A DNA stretch of 64,000 nucleotides from NCBI GenBank assembly GCA_963789955.1, contig CAWBMV010000001.1, positions 576,001 to 640,000 on the forward strand, written 5' to 3'. The number at the start of each line of letters is the position of its first letter. Positions within the stretch are counted from its first letter, which is position 1. The stretch is from an uncultured Candidatus Rokubacteria bacterium. Lineage in GTDB: Bacteria > Methylomirabilota > Methylomirabilia > Rokubacteriales > CSP1-6. Shown here in pieces: positions 63,284 through 64,000 of the stretch. Made by a program: the position numbers and the translations under genes. The notes beneath the pieces were generated by a model. That model did no database searches and was not told where the DNA came from. It was given only the letters and a program-made list of their open reading frames with translations.

Positions 63284-63931
63284 ATGACCGCGATCCGGGT
63301 TCTCGTGCTCCTGCTGGTCATGGGCGCCGGTTCACACGGGGCCGCCACCGCGCAGAGCGGCAAGCAGGTGAGAGTGTCCTTCGAGTTTCGGCAGACGAGC
63401 ACACAGAACCGCGACGCGGTCGACGGCAGCGGGCGCGTGATCATCACCGACCGAGGAGGGACGCGTTCCTCGGGCCGCGTCGGCGTGGACAGCACGCAGC
63501 GACGCGTGCAGACGTCGACCGGTATGTTCACGATCGTCCAGGACGGCGGCGAGTCGACGCTCCTGGTCGCGAGCCAGATCCCCTATTCCCAGGTCACTTA
63601 CTATCGCGACTACCTGACCGGCGCCGGTTACGTCACCACCGGCGTGCAGTTCAAGGACGTCGGGACCTCCCTGAAGGTCGGCGCGGCGATCTTGCCCGGC
63701 AACCAGGTCAAGGTGCGGTTGACGCCCACGATCAGCTGGCTCTCGGCCGACCGGGCGGGGGTGATCGAGGTCAACGAGGCGTCGACCGAGCTGGTGGTGC
63801 CGAGCGGCCGGCCGGTGATGCTGGGCGGCGCCACGACCCAGACTCACGAGCTCACCCGTCGGATCCTCGGTTATCGCGCCAGCGACACCGCGACCGAGAC
63901 CACGATGGCGCTCACCGCGACGATTCGATAG
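63284..63931 (+). CDS. Exported protein resembling a short secretin-core fragment
   Basis: Signal peptide; QFKDVGTSLKV, VRLTPTIS, TELVVPSGRPVMLGG. Confidence 0.55.
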   Translation: MTAIRVLVLLLVMGAGSHGAATAQSGKQVRVSFEFRQTSTQNRDAVDGSGRVIITDRGGTRSSGRVGVDSTQRRVQTSTGMFTIVQDGGESTLLVASQIPYSQVTYYRDYLTGAGYVTTGVQFKDVGTSLKVGAAILPGNQVKVRLTPTISWLSADRAGVIEVNEASTELVVPSGRPVMLGGATTQTHELTRRILGYRASDTATETTMALTATIR

Positions 63932-64000
63932 CCTCCGCGGCCGCTCGGTTCTGTCAGAGTTGTCACGAGCTGACGTGTAATCCTGGCACCCCCGCGCGCC

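Overview
A high-GC, gene-dense bacterial chromosomal segment. Its gene content (many Liv-type and ABC substrate-binding proteins, redox and catabolic enzymes, an outer-membrane barrel) is reminiscent of Candidatus Rokubacteria/Methylomirabilota; this is an impression, not a database result. About 20 genes are broken by apparent single-base indels, densest at ~20.3-25.2 kb, which most likely reflect unpolished long-read errors. I found no tRNA, rRNA, CRISPR array or transposase. The main hidden signal is four unlinked genes that the ORF track splits at an in-frame TGA lying exactly at a catalytic-Cys position: a PrdB/GrdB-like protein (UxxC, TGA 15195), an exported peroxiredoxin (TPTU, TGA 28271), an atypical peroxiredoxin (TGA 45440) and a tandem AhpD/CMD protein (CxxU, TGA 56152). 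Three of them have a clear G-loop hairpin 11-13 nt downstream, consistent with bacterial SECIS elements, so the window appears to carry four candidate selenoproteins in 64 kb. Other observations: recurrent leaderless-type promoters, including a bidirectional one; two sigma-54 promoters; two long palindromic MITE/REP-like elements; two small proteins missing from the ORF track; a repeated unannotated DRR/ERR-rich domain; and a possible TauD-dienelactone hydrolase fusion.
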